This document shows, piece by piece, positions 1-13,324 of a DNA stretch of 64,000 bases. The stretch covers positions 150,226,001 through 150,290,000 of the forward strand of contig OX597814.1 of NCBI GenBank assembly GCA_951406725.2, given 5' to 3'. A model generated the notes under the pieces. The model was given only the letters and a program-made list of their open reading frames with translations. It was not told where the DNA came from and did no database searches. The stretch comes from Octopus vulgaris (lineage: Eukaryota). Within the stretch, counting starts at the first letter, position 1; each line of letters starts with the position of its first letter. The translations under genes were made by a program, and so were the position numbers.

Positions 1-800
1 TCCTGGGGGAGACGTTGGGCTTCGATGGATATCAGTTGATCAACCCGTTCAGGAGAACTTTCAGGCCGGGGCTATCTGGATAATTACCAGAAATCCCTGG
101 CTTGGCAGTGATACCGTTCGGCTTTGCCTATTCAAGAGGTGCGGGCGGGACAGAGAAACTGTCTTGCACGCCTTCATGGAGTGTCCGGAATTATTGGGAC
201 TGATAGCTTTTGTCGATCAACTGCTGTCAACGATGGGAAGAGTACAGCTATCGGCTGAGTTTATTATCAAGTTTGTGTCACCCGCTTCCCGTAACGGGGA
301 AAGGAAGGCTTGTTTTTTGTGCATAGTAGCCATACTGAAAGAAACAGTATGGAAGACGCGTGTTAATGGTATAGTGACAGGTACCTTCGTCTCCGGCCAG
401 GGGTTGGTTAACTTCATTTGTTACCACCTCGGCAGCAAGATCAGACTAGAGAAGAGATACCTGTCACAGGATGTGTTCGCGAAAAGAGGGAAGCAAGTAG
501 TGAACAAGCTGTGAGTGACTGGAAGCAGGTAAGTGGAGCCAGAAGGAAAAGTAAAGGTTCGAACCTGGCGGTTGAATGCCTTTCCTTCAGTCACACGTTG
601 CAAAATTTGCAATGATCAAGCTTATATTGAAATTTTTAAAAGGAAAAAAAAAAAAAAGATATAATTTTTAACAGCATGACATTTGTATTTTATCATTCGA
701 AACTTTTTCCTTCGTAATAAGCAAATTCTTCCCCTCTACATTTGTCTGTCCTTGTTTGTCCCATCTATGTACGGTTTCCATAGCCAAATTACGAAATAAT
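1..800 (+). mobile_element. 3' end of a degraded Tx1/L1-clade non-LTR retrotransposon (C-terminal zinc-knuckle region plus 3' UTR)
   Basis: Frameshifted translation gives QKSLAWQ*YRSALP and RCGRDRETVLHAFMECP, matching the L1/Tx1 ORF2 C-terminal C..C-ET..H.F..C motif. ORF stops at 514, A-run at 643-657, tail tttgtctgtccttgtttgtccc at about 741-762. Confidence 0.65.
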
Positions 801-949
801 GAAGCTCCTTTCCTAACCATATGGTTGTGGGCACCTTGGGCAAGCGTCTTCCACTATAGCTTCGGACCAGATCCTTTTGAGTGGATTTGCTAGACGGAAA
901 CTGAAAAAAGCCCGTCGTACAATATATATGTATGTATATATATATATAT

Positions 950-1352
950 ACTCTTTTACTCTTTTACTTGTTTCAGTCATTTGACTGCGGCTATGCTGGA
1001 GCACCGCCTTTAGTCGAGCAAATCGACCCCGGGACTTATTCTTTGTAAGCCCAGTACTTATTCTATCAGTCTCTTTTGCCGAACCGCTAAGTTACGGGGA
1101 CGTAAACACACCAGCATCAGTTGTCAAGCAATGCTAGGGGGACAAACACAGACACACAAACACACACACATACATATATATATATACATATATACGACAG
1201 GTTTCTTTCAGTTTCCGTCTACCAAATCCACTTACAAGGCATTGGTCGGCCCGGGGCTATAGCAGAAGACACTTGCCTAAGATGCCACGCAGTGGGACTG
1301 AACCCGGAACCATGTGGTTGTTTAGCAAGCTACTTACCACACAGCCACTCCT
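950..1352 (-). mobile_element. tRNA-derived SINE family A, full-length copy
   Basis: Minus-strand head with A-box tggctgtgtgg and B-box ggttcagtcc, internal (TA)/(CA) microsatellite, tail ...gactgaaacaagtaaaagagtaaaagag. Flanked by partial + copies at about 815-950 and 1385-1596. More than 10 copies in the window. Confidence 0.9.
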
Positions 1353-2574
1353 ACATAAATATATATACATATATATATTGGGTGTTTTTGTGTCTGTGCT
1401 TGCTCCTCCACCACCGCTTGACAACTGGGTGTTAGTGTGTTTACGTCCCCGTAAACTAGCAATTTGGTAAAAGATACCGCTAGAAGAAGTGCTGGGTTCA
1501 AAAGGTGTGTACTGGGGTCTATTCGTTCGACCAAACAATTCTTCAAGGCGGTGCTCCAGCATGGCTTCAGTCTAACGGTTGAAACAAGTAAAAGATATAT
1601 GAATGTGCGTGTGTGTGTGTGTGTGTGTGTATGTGTTATATAATGTTAAAATATGTTAGTTAAACGCAAACGCACATCAATAACTGTGTGTACGTGTGTC
1701 TGTCTGTAAAAGTTAAAAACATACATTTATTTGTCTTGTAATCACTCAGATGCACGCGCGCACACACATGTTTGCAAAAAAAAAAAAAACGTTGATAGTG
1801 ACTTCTAAGAACGATGTTAAGATGTTGTTAAATCTAAAACACACACACAAAAAAAAAAGCCCTCTCTCTTCTCTCTCTGTATGCGTGTGCGCATTTACTT
1901 AATGTTAGATAAACTCATACGCAAACATGTACAATCACATCGTGCTGCTTGCGTTTAACAATCGCATCTTCACATGATTTTTATCATGCGTATGGGTATA
2001 TAGAAACATACACAATTGATGTCTATGAAGCGCATGCGCGTGTGTGTGGATGTTTTGGTGCTACAACAATAAAGACGCACATTTACAAATCGACAGATAA
2101 GCGGTGTCTTTCTGTCTATATCTCTCTGCTTGTTTCTCATCCATACAGTGAGACTTGTACATTACACACACGTACGCTGTTTGCTTTCAACAATCGTCTC
2201 ATTGCATTGTCCGACTCTCCATTTTTCCCAATTTTCCAATCGACACAATCATTCGTACAACTCATACAAAACTACTCTAAACTATTTCTCAGTGTTAAGT
2301 CAAATAAAAAAAGCCATATAAAAGCAGGAAAATGTTTCATCTAGCGTTTAGTTTACATGGCTTCCATCAGAGGAATATACTTGTACATATGACATCTTTT
2401 GGATACACCTACTTATAGATATAAATATATGCAGCCATATTATATGCACACGCATACATATATATATACACACAGTAACATATGTATAAATGTGTGTGCG
2501 TATGTGTGTATCTCAGTGATTGCGTCTGACATTACTCAATTTCCAAATACAACATATATGTATGGGGATTATAT

Positions 2575-2625
<51 letters not shown>

Positions 2626-2631
<6 letters not shown>

Positions 2632-2828
2632 TTATCCAAACAAGAAAGCACAAAAGAACACAACAACGCGAGGACGTGGAACAAATATAGTATTATTGGA
2701 CGCTCGGGAAAGAAGGAAAGAAGGAGGGTATAACGTTTCGAGCGGAGCTCTTCGTCGGAAACACAGGAGAAGGAAAGATCCAGCGAAGGGAAGACAGGAA
2801 AAAAAATCGCGAGTCACATTTTGAAAGT
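2626..2828 (-). mobile_element. Solo PLE-type terminal fragment in a (TA)n tract, with HHR-like motif
   Basis: Homologous to 62224-62310 and 39575-39700. Minus strand reads ccgacga-a-gagc-tcc-gctc-gaaa-cg-tt at 2728-2762. Bounded by (TA)n on both sides. Confidence 0.6.
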
Positions 2829-2867
2829 TATATATATATATATATATATACACACGCACACACACAC

Positions 2868-2918
<51 letters not shown>

Positions 2919-3842
2919 TCGTGAGAGAGAGATGAAAATTCTTGAACTACAGATCAAGGAGACCAAAAATCCAAAGAGGTCTCTGTTAGAGTGAACTATA
3001 ACTGCAGAGCAAATATTTTCATTTTAAAGATTTAATGTTTCAGCAAAGACATTCCGCTTTCGCTAATTCATCGATAGCTTCCCGCCTCTCTGTCTCTCTC
3101 CCTCCCCGTCTCTCTCTCTCCCAATCTCCCCCTTCTCTCTCTCACACACATATTCAGTTGCTCTTTTAGAATATGGCCAGATGTTTCATCTCTCGTCTCG
3201 TCAGTAAAGACTAGTTACATTTGGATGTTAGGTATGTATCGTTAAAAAAAAAAGTGAGAAGCAGGAATTGGATGGGAGCTTGAATGAGGCAAAAAGAGAA
3301 AGAGGCTGGAAAGGCGAATAAGATATGAAGGAAGTGAGAAGGTAGGGGACTGAAAAGTGTAGAAAGCAATGTTTAAAATAATGTGAAGGAGAAGGGGATA
3401 GAAAGTTAACATGAATACTGTTAGAAGTATTAGTAAGTATTCTTGGAGTTATACAAACAATTTAAAAAGATAACAGGATAAAGCAATGGAAGAATGCTAA
3501 TAATATAAATACCGCCTATGCTAATTCAGAAAATAAGAATATTTATTTGGCTCAAAAAGAATACAATTTCTAGGAGCATGCGTTGGTTACTTTATATAAA
3601 TTAGGTATAACACTTCAGATAAATGGTATAATAATGTACTAGAAGAAGCTCGAAATGTATTTGGTAAGCTGAAGATTGTATGGGACTTTGTCATCCAGAC
3701 AGCTTGAATAAATGAATACCTTTTGCCAATATCCTTATACAAGCTATGGTAAAATGGGAGTGCCTTATAACAAATATTTCAATATCTTCCGACAATTTTA
3801 TCTACAAATAAACACGACCTTATGAGCCAGTGAAAAATATTG

Positions 3843-4053
3843 CTTTCAAAGTTTTGCACAATGTCAGCAAGTTCCGGGAAAGAGATAAATCAATTACATC
3901 GAGCGCAATGAGGAACTGGTACTTGCTTTGTGATGCCGAAAGGATGAAAAGCAAAGTCGACTTCAGCGGAATTTGAACTCAGAACATAAAGACGGACAAA
4001 ACGCTGCTAAGCATTCTGCCCGGTGTGCTAACGATTCTGTTAGCTCACCATCC
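3843..4053 (-). mobile_element. tRNA-derived SINE family B with ~20-bp target-site duplication
   Basis: Family-B body (gttctgagttcaaattccgc..gtcgactttgc..ttcatcctttcgg). Flanked by tgagccagtg(a/g)aaaatattg at 3823-3842 and 4054-4073. Confidence 0.85.
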
Positions 4054-4399
4054 TGAGCCAGTGGAAAATATTGATCATATTATTATATGTTTTAAAGGGC
4101 GGCAAGTGGAAGAATCGTTTGAGCATCAGAATAATTGATTTCCGTATTTCTCTCGACTCTTTACTTTCTGAGTTCAAATTTTATCGAAGTCAATTTTATT
4201 TTTCCTTCTTTCGGGATCCGTTAAAATAAATAGCCAGTCAAATATAGGTGTCGAAAATAGTGACTTACTCCTTCCACAACATAACTGTTGGCTTTGTGCA
4301 TAAATCAGACACCATATTGCTACAAGTTATAAAATATTAATTAAAAACAGTAAAATCAATAGTATAAGGTCTGACTTGATATTTAGTGGTCACTTTGTA

Positions 4400-4720
4400 C
4401 GAAAAACACGTCAGGATATTTCATCACAAATGAGTGTTCAGTTATGCATTAAAAAAGAATAATAGAACCTGGTAAATTAAAGATTCTACAGAACTTTGAT
4501 ACCCAGACCGACTACAGACAGAATAATTGAACACCGGAGACCAGATGTGATAGCATGTGTCATAGCAATAAGAATCTTTCACAATAGACGTTGCCATTCC
4601 TAAAGACAAAAGATATTGCAGACTAGGCAATAGAAAAGATTATAACATATGCTGAATTAAAACTAGAAATATCAAGAATATAGAGATATGGCAGTAATAA
4701 AAGATGTATCACCAGAGCAT
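4400..4720 (+). mobile_element. Degraded R4/Dong-like LINE fragment (restriction-like endonuclease region)
   Basis: Frameshifted translation IIEHRRPDVIA...FTIDVAIPKD matches the RPD..(n)..IDV.IP.D RLE motif. Confidence 0.65.
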
Positions 4721-4735
4721 TAGACTCAATCCTGT

Positions 4736-4774
<39 letters not shown>

Positions 4775-4775
4775 T

Positions 4776-5332
4776 TTGGGTTGTCCGGAAAGTTTGTGCC
4801 GATTTTTAAAGGAAAGGAAAAGGTCAATAAATACTTGTCATTACATTTTTAATCAACCAAATATGAACCAGTTTGTTGCACAATGCGTCTCCATCTTTCC
4901 TTTAACTTGAAAATACCCTCTTTCCAGAATTGAGGTGGTTTCATGGTAAAGAATCCATCAAGGTATCTTTTTACGTCATCCAAGGAATTGAAATTTTTAC
5001 CATTAAGACTATTCTGCAGAGACCTGAATAAGTGGAAATCGGAAGGAGCAATATCTGGTCAATATGGAGGGTGGAGGTAATACATCCCAACCGAGCTGCA
5101 GCAATTAATGTGTGGTTCCCAAAGCATCAAGTGCCGAAAATGAACTTTCTTATTTTCCATTTTAAAGGGTTACAGAATTAACACAGGTTATAGGAACATA
5201 AATCTTCTGCCACGGAAAGATAGCTTAAACTGTCCTCTAAATGGAGTCAAATCCTATTTTATGGATTCAACCATGTTCTAAAATGAGTCGAATGGTAAGC
5301 TACTATAAATCGGCACGAACTTTTCGGACAAC

Positions 5333-5336
<4 letters not shown>
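4776..5336 (-). mobile_element. Internally deleted mariner (DD34D-type) element with both TIRs
   Basis: TIRs ttgggttgtccggaaagtttgtgccgattt and aaatcggcacgaacttttcggacaacccaa within TA runs. Minus strand encodes HPPY*PDIAPSDFHLFRSLQNSLNGKNFNSLDDVK, the mariner YSPDLAPSD region. Confidence 0.9.
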
Positions 5337-5377
<41 letters not shown>

Positions 5378-5382
<5 letters not shown>

Positions 5383-5985
5383 GCTCGGGTTAAATGACGA
5401 TTTTTATGTCTCCTTTTTTTCAAGGACAGCTTGATGTATTGGTGAACAGCGTTGGAGAGCATAAAGGTTAAAGTTGGCGTTGAGAAAAAGTTAGTTGATA
5501 TGGAGGACTGGAAGCCGTTTGAATATTGGAAAATAATGATTCGCATTGGGTATAAAACTGCCGATATGAGTACAGCTCAATGCTCTGTGAACATTGTAAA
5601 ATCTGTAAGTCGTGACGTGGACGGCTGCAACGGAGACTACGAAAACATAGCCAACAGGAAGGGACACAACAAATGTTCTGATTGCGTGTGCACGCCTGGA
5701 TTCATCACAAATCCTCGAACAGGGTCTTAGGTTCAATTCAGACGGTTTTGTAAAGCTGCTGGAGACTAGTAAGGAATGCGACACAGTGAGGAATGCATTC
5801 ACCAGATTCCGGAACCGTCTTGAGGCCGTTGTGGAAGCTGACGGTGGCTACTTTGAGAAAACTGTTATCTCCCAGCCATAATCTAGCTATTATTTTTTAA
5901 GTTTAAAAAATGCTTTTATCTTTATACCGGATAGTGTGTTTTCTTGTCTATAGCTTTGCTATTATGTTAAACTGTCGTTGTTTGA
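5378..5985 (+). mobile_element. Internally deleted Tc1/mariner-superfamily element (maT/DD37D-like)
   Basis: Starts ta|gggtgctcgggttaaatgacg. Encodes N-terminal RKGHNKCSDCVCTPGFI and C-terminal VRNAFTRFRNRLEAVVEADGGYFE. The subfamily call is tentative. Confidence 0.65.
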
Positions 5986-6201
5986 AACTTGACCAAATGC
6001 GTTTTTTTTTCAATATTTATTTTTTCTTGCAATAGCCGGTTCTTTTTGTCAAACTATCGTATCTCCAGTTGCTTCAGGCGTCAAGATATCAAAACCTGTC
6101 AAAGTGTAGTAAAACGGTTTTGCTATGGAATGGTGAAACTATTTTTCGTTTTCTGAAAAAGCAGCGGTTTGGACTTACGACACATTTGCATAATAGCAAC
6201 G

Positions 6202-6577
<376 letters not shown>

Positions 6578-6654
6578 GGAATTTATAAAAAAAAAAAAGA
6601 GGAAGACAAGTGATAAACAACAGACAGGTGTATTTGTTTAACGCTCGGGAAGGT

Positions 6655-6861
6655 GCTTTGAATTTTGGCACAAAGCCAGCAATTTCGGGGAAAGTCTAAG
6701 TCGATTACATCGACCCCAGTGCTCGGCTGATGCTTATTTTATCGAATCCGAAAGGATGAATGATAAAGTGAAGCTCGACAGAATTTTAACTCAGAACGTA
6801 AAGCCGGACAAAATACTGCCAATCATTTTACCGTTTGCTAACGATTCTGCTAGCTCGCCTT
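6655..6861 (-). mobile_element. SINE family B copy
   Basis: Matches the family-B head, core and tail. Further copies at about 10737-10884, 17176-17388, 34863-35070, 38207-38421 and 42562-42748. Confidence 0.85.
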
Positions 6862-6864
6862 ATA

Positions 6865-7010
6865 TAAGGAAAATAAGACAAGGTAGAGAATGTCAAAGTA
6901 ATTTTATTATGAAGAACATTTTAGTACCGGTTTCAATCTTTGCGACTTTTTCAACTTAGAGTAAAATATGAAAAACAATTTAATTGTCGAAAAATTAAAT
7001 GAAATGGTTT
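6865..7010 (-). mobile_element. PLE pLTR fragment with U3-A8 HHR motif (same family as 59110-59250)
   Basis: Minus strand: ag-ttgaaaa-agtc-gcaaa-gatt-gaaa-ccgg-ta-ct at about 6917-6962. Downstream sequence is homologous to 59183-59240. Confidence 0.6.
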
Positions 7011-7364
7011 TTAAAAAATATTTCCATAGTTTTCAAATGCAAGGGACATTTTCCTTTTTTCTGTCTATCTCTCTTTTTTACTTTTGTGAGAGCTTGGTAG
7101 CAGGTTGCAGGTAGAAACATTCATAATATTTGATATAAGTTCTTGGTTTTGATTCGTTAAGCAGCAGTAGTAGCTGAGGAAGGAGGCAGCGAAGAAGAAA
7201 AAAGGAAGAAGAGGAAGAGGAAGTAGAGGGTGTTGGAAAAGAAGAGAAAGAATAATAAAAATGCAGGAGTGGTATGGCAGTAGCAGGATGTTGGTGGAAT
7301 CCTCTTAAATGGTCAAGTGACCTAAAAGTGACTTATGGTTGTAATAGCAGTGATTGGAATTGTA

Positions 7365-7752
7365 CTGTTTCGGCCGGTTGCAGATTCGGCCGGTTACACT
7401 CGAAACTGCTCAAATCTAGCCGGCCCCAAGAAAATCACAAATACACGCATAATACTCCTTGTACATTGCTATATGTTTTGACACCGAAAACATTAAAATT
7501 TGCAACATACATTAGTAGTAAATCCAAATATTGCCCGAAAATGACCTAAAAATTGTACGACCTGACTTCGTTTGCGAGGTAATTTTTGTAGTAAAAAGAG
7601 ATTTTGTGCAAAAAAACATACTTCGTTTGGTAGCCAAAAGATTACTGAATCTTTTCATACACCATACGTCAAAATCGGCAGCTCCATTTTCGAATCCATA
7701 AGGAACATATGCACCACACACAGACACACAAACTCTCTTTTATAGATATAGA
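7365..7752 (-). mobile_element. Probable non-autonomous Helitron-like fragment (5' part)
   Basis: Minus strand begins a|TCtatatctataaaagagag...tgtgtgtctgtg, the same layout as the Helitron at 37903-38182. No CTAG 3' end found. Confidence 0.4.
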
Positions 7753-8516
7753 TCTGTGTGTGTATGTGTGTGTGTGATTTGTTGTGTATTTCACGAGACA
7801 TTACAGGTGATAATTGTCCTGATTAGGCCCGGGTCAGTTCTAGTTGAGTTAACCTATGATCAAAATCTTTTCAGTCGTTATCATCTAGTCTTTTATTGTA
7901 CGTGCAAGAAACCTAGGATCACGTCGTAATAATAATTTTATTGGTATATATATATCAAGTAACATTTTTATTACCTACTAGGAATCAGATTAATCTTGGT
8001 GATCTTAATAATTTAGAAGAAACAATTCAAAGCTAACTATTTTGATGAAAGAAATGTTTTATGACATTTTCACCGCCACTAATATACTAATCTATTATCC
8101 TTTATAATTTTCTCTCGACATTTATTCTCTGTTTTGCAATTCGTTAATGATCTTTCAAAAGCAAATATCTATCATTCAAATAGTTTCCAATGATTAGAAA
8201 CAAATAATGAACAAATTTCTCTAATTCTGTAATCATTTGAGTAACTCTTATTTCTCGACATTCTGGCTTGTTTTCGTACATTATAGATACGTAATTTTAG
8301 AAAGAAATTTTACTATCTAATTCTTTCAAATCCTCGTAAAAGCAAAGGAAAACGTGCCTTGTGATCGGTTAAATTGGTAGAATAGATATGTGATATGTGT
8401 TTATTACGAATAACTCAGACATTCAGTTATTACTAGGCCGTTATAAAAGACACCAATCAGAAACTGGCCCACTGTTAAACTGTATGAAACATTGATGCAA
8501 ATAATAATAATAATAA

Positions 8517-9054
8517 TCCTTTCTACTATAGGCACAACACCTGAAATTTTGGGGGCGAGGCCTAGTCGATTACATCGACCCCAGTGTTTCACAGGTACTT
8601 AATTTATCGACTCCGAAAGGATGAAATGCATAGTCGACCTCGGCAGAATTTGAAGTCAGACAAAATACCTATTTCTTTACTACCCACAAGGGGCTAAACA
8701 CAGAGAGGATAAACAAGGACAGACAAACGGATTAAGTCGATTATATCGACCTCAGTGCGTAACTGGTACTTATTTAATCGACCCCGAAAGGATGAAAGGC
8801 AAAGTCGACCTCGGCGGAATTTGAACTCAGAACGTAGTGGCAGACGAAATACCTATTTCTTTACTACCCACAAGGGGCTAAACATAGAGTGGACAAACAA
8901 GGATAGACAAACGGATTAAGTCGATTACATCGACCCCAGTGCGTAACTGGTACTTAATTTACCGACCTCGGAATTTGAACTCAGAACGTAGCGGCAGACG
9001 AAATACTGCTAAGCATTTCGCCGGCGTGCTAACCTTTCTACCAGCTCACCGCCT
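8517..9054 (-). mobile_element. Tandem/nested array of three SINE-B units
   Basis: Two units carry the ...gccccttgtgggtagtaaagaaata tail, each joined to ggtattt(c/t)gtc of the next unit. The last unit has a different tail (...gtgcctatagtagaaagg) ending in (ATT)n. Confidence 0.85.
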
Positions 9055-9065
9055 AAATAACAATG

Positions 9066-9121
<56 letters not shown>

Positions 9122-12100
9122 GTGTTGTTTATATTTTTAAATGTTTAGAAAATAGTATATATATATGTATATATATAAATAAAACACAAAATCTTGAAAA
9201 CAAAAACAAATACGAGAATCTCGATCATCTTGACATTGTGCCAAGACATACGTCTAAATTGAAGACTTCAAGAAACGGTTTACGTCAACTCTTTTACGGT
9301 TGCATGTTGCTTTATTGTTACACCATTGTAGTGGGGAGTCATCTTTCTATGAGCGAAGCAAGATGCTTTGTTAAGTTATATCTATCGTATAACTTAATTT
9401 CTGAACACACTTTTATGTCCCTCAGACAAAGAAGTTCTGTCTGAACAAAGTCAGATTTTTGCTGCTGCAGGGTCTAGCATTGCGATGCTTCATACATAGA
9501 GAAATGATTCTTTCCCCCTTCTTTCTGACAATGCGAATTTGGAATCTATAATGATTCAATTGTATTCTTTTACAGTGTCGATAAAAGTAAAACGAAAATA
9601 AAAAAAACATGTGAAGAAAAAGTTTTTCTCTCTCTACACACACAAACACACGTACACGCGTGCGCACTCACATATACATATGTATTTATTTGTGCGTGGG
9701 CGGATGTGCATTAGCATAATTATGGTCAAGGAAAATTGAATTCATCTAACATTCGTCCTATTATGGCAGTTAATAGCCAAGGCTAGAATGAAAGCGATTA
9801 GAGAAAATTATGAACGGGAAGTCGAATAAAGATTGCTATCTGCCTCCAGACAAAATTTCTCATTCATAAATATAAAGTCGGCTGAATATTACCTACAACG
9901 ATTATATTTGTCTGTCGTATATTGCTATAGAAATCATACGAGTTTAGAAATATATTTCAGTGAATAGCTTTATAAATTTTGTGTTTCCATTATCTTTATT
10001 TCGCACGTATGTTATATGTAATCACCTAATTTTAAATATACGTACTGTGTGATAAGTGTTTCGGAAACTTAATAATTATCGTGACTACATATGTGCGACA
10101 TCTATGCTTCTAATTGAAGTTATGATGTTATATATTTACAAATAAAACGAAGAACAATTTATGTTATCCGATAAGTAAAATACGTTGTCTATTTTAATGT
10201 GTGTATTGATCTACCTTTTGCCGCTCTCAGAATGAACACCAAGCAGTGAAACTACATCTGTTGGGCTAAATATATCATATTAAAGAACACAAACTATATT
10301 ATTATCGAAATGCAAGACTAAAATCTGTAGAGGTTACGTAACTAAAAACATTGGCATTCTAAAATGCAAACGCATTAACATGTTTTATAGGTTTAAAATA
10401 AAATAATTCTGTATTTCAAATTGTATAGAGGTAAACTGGATTATTTTCTCAAAGTTATAAATGTTTTAAAGTGATACATGAAAGCTGTTCAGACTTTCTG
10501 AGTGCGGATAATTATTGGCAAATGGACGAAACCCTTTAGTTACGAGGAAACAATTCGGTTTAAGCCCCACCCCTTATATAAATATATCGGCGTAGGTATA
10601 GCCCTGTGATTAAGAGGTTTCTTTCGAAATTATCTGGTTTCGTGTTCAATCCTACGGTACGGCACCCGGTATTTTAGCCCAAACCGACCACTACTTTGTG
10701 ACTGAATCTAGTAACGGACACTATACAGAAACTTATCGTGCGTAACTGGTACTTATTTAATCGACCCCGAAAGGATGAAAGGCAAAGTCGACCTCGGCGG
10801 AATTTGAACTCAGAACGTAGCAGCAGACGAAATACGGCTAAGCATTTCGCCCGACGCGCTAACGTTTCTGCCAGCTCGCCGCCTTTAAATACCTTAAAGT
10901 CTATTAGATCATTAATGCTAATCTGAAATTTTACATTCGTTAGTGATTAATAACTACATGTATACACATGCGTACACATATAGTGGATCGAAGATAAATA
11001 AAAATAAAATGACGCGAAGAGTTATAGGAAGAGAATAAATGTCATTTTTATCCCCTTAAGTTAGTCTGCTATATCGACCGCATCGCATTTTACTTCTTTC
11101 ATCCAGTTTACTCCCTTCACATTTGAATATGCAACCTTTTGCCAAATTGGATAGTCAAATAGCAGATGTCGATAGAAGGGATAGTGATAGAGTATATAAA
11201 TGGGTACATAAACGATTACAACTCTATCCTAGCTCTCACATTTTACCGTGAGTAGAAAGAATAGGAGGAATTTGTTTGAATTCTGAGTTATTTGTACCAG
11301 TTTGTACCCAAATCTTTTCGCAAGTCTGTAAGATACACACATGCACCAAATACCCTCGACCACGTCCAAAGCCAAACACCTAACTTTAATATCTTTATAC
11401 ATTCTGGATCGTCTGACAGAGATATACTATATCTAATGGAGGGAACAAACATCATATGATCCTGTCGCATATTATTCAGCTGCATAACACATTCAATTGA
11501 ATCTTCTTATTTTTCAAGGTTGTTGATTGACAAATATTAAGCTTACTGCTATTCGTACAAAATGTATTTAACCCTGTTCATTTGAGACCACTAAGCAGGG
11601 GAACGAAGCCACCTCAAATATATATATCTCTTTGCGTTCCTCACATGTATAAAGCTCATAGTACCATAACATCAAAGTGGTTACTCCAAGAGTACGGGTA
11701 AAACATAATGGACTTTTGATGTACAGTTGTATATCTAAGAAATACTTTCGTTGATTTGCTTTTAACTGTTTCAGGTGAAGTTTGGATAAAGTACATTTAC
11801 TACAAAATCTTATCCCGCAATACAATTTGTGATAAAACTGCAATGCAATGAGTATGAGTTCTCTCTAGAGCTAAAACTTCTCTGATTCGGTTTTTAACCC
11901 TCTACAAAGCTCAAGATTCACATAGGAAAACAGCTCACGTCTACTGAATAATGCTACTTTCAAACAGGCTCCAGATACTATTCACCAACAGTCACACGTT
12001 TTCTTCTGTTTGTTTCTTGTATGGTCTCTGCTACTCCGAACCGCTACTATGTATACTTTCCACCTAAATCCTCACTTCATTCTCCTCCCTCAAACATCCT

Positions 12101-12588
12101 TAGTGTGTTTCACTCTCAATTCAGAATCCGCTTTCAACATTTAGCCCTCTCCTTCTGTCCTAGAAGATGAGAATTCTCCCCTGGCCATGTTTTCCTCTTA
12201 AAAATTAATCGCAGATATTCAGTCGGTTTGGAAAGCGTCCATAATGATCACGGGCACTATCCTCCATTTCTTGACAATCTGTATATATATATATATATAT
12301 ATATATACATACACGTGTGTGTGTGTGTGCGTGTGTGTCTGCGTGAGTGTGTGTAACGCATCCAAGAAAACTATTCCTGTTGAAAATATGATATATGCTA
12401 GAGACTCCTTTAATTTTTACTATTTTATTGTTACTTCAGCTTAAAAAATATAGAAATATTATGAAATTTTATTTCTGATATCTGATACTGAGGACGAGAA
12501 ATTAATTTGAATTGATTCATAGATGATGTGGAAAATGAAGTTTAGATCTATATCATTTAATTATTTCCTGAATTCACTGTTATAATTG

Positions 12589-12968
12589 CAGGAAGGTGTT
12601 TATAAGCCATTTAAGAAACACACAAAAACCGTTAGATTCACTTCAACATTTAAATTTAATTTGCAAAAATATTTTCGTCGCTTTGAGACCGCGACCTGTG
12701 CACTGACAAAATTCCATGCTCGGCTGACATTATATTTATGATGAGAAATTTTGTCTGGAGGTGATGCAGCACGGAATTTTGTCAGTGAACAGGTCACGGT
12801 CTCAAAGCGACGAAAATATTTTGGCAAATTAAATTTAAATGTTGAAGTGAATCTAACGGTTTTTGTGTGTTTCTTAAATGGCTTATAAACACCTTCCACG
12901 CAACAATTGTTTTCGTTCCAGCACGGGATCTCAGATCAGATCACTTGCTATGCAAGTACATCTCCGTA
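12589..12968 (+). mobile_element. Short PLE-type insertion: pLTR with inverted 5' copy and 13-bp TSD
   Basis: Inverted arms 12591-12720 and 12768-12897 (130 bp, few mismatches). TSD actgttataattg at 12576-12588 and 12969-12981. HHR-like motif in each arm. Confidence 0.85.
12778..12828 (+). ncRNA. Minimal type I hammerhead ribozyme motif with G3-C8 core (GUGAACA)
   Basis: Stem I tttgtca/tggcaaa; core gtgaaca+g; stem II gtc(a/g)c/gcgac; GAAA; palindromic stem III aatatt; UUU triplet. Mirror copy at 12660-12710 on the minus strand. Confidence 0.65.
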
Positions 12969-13324
12969 ACTGTTATAATTGTTAATGTATATTATACACC
13001 GTGTTATGCATATACATTTTGATAATATGTTTGTATATGATACGAACTAACAGAGGAGAACATGATCGCTCGGCATGCTAGAAACAAGAGTCAAACCTCC
13101 TCCAAATGACATGTTGAAATTACACTGTAGATAATCTGATTCTAGATACCCTTAAAAAGACGGATAATCTCAGTTAAAATAACTTTTCCAGTAAGTCTGT
13201 TTATAGTTAATCTGTCGCTGCTCAACTTCAGCAATAACATTGTCAATGATATTACAGATAATATAAATTTCAATTCCAGATAGGAAAGAGTAACATACTC
13301 ATTGATAAAATATTAACCACATAT

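Noticed and set aside
3170-3231. Possible small host exon (ttttag|...|gtatgt, one open frame IWPDVSSLVSSVKTSYIWML)
   Set aside because: Only splice-like motifs, with no recognisable protein or partner exons. It needs RNA-seq support.
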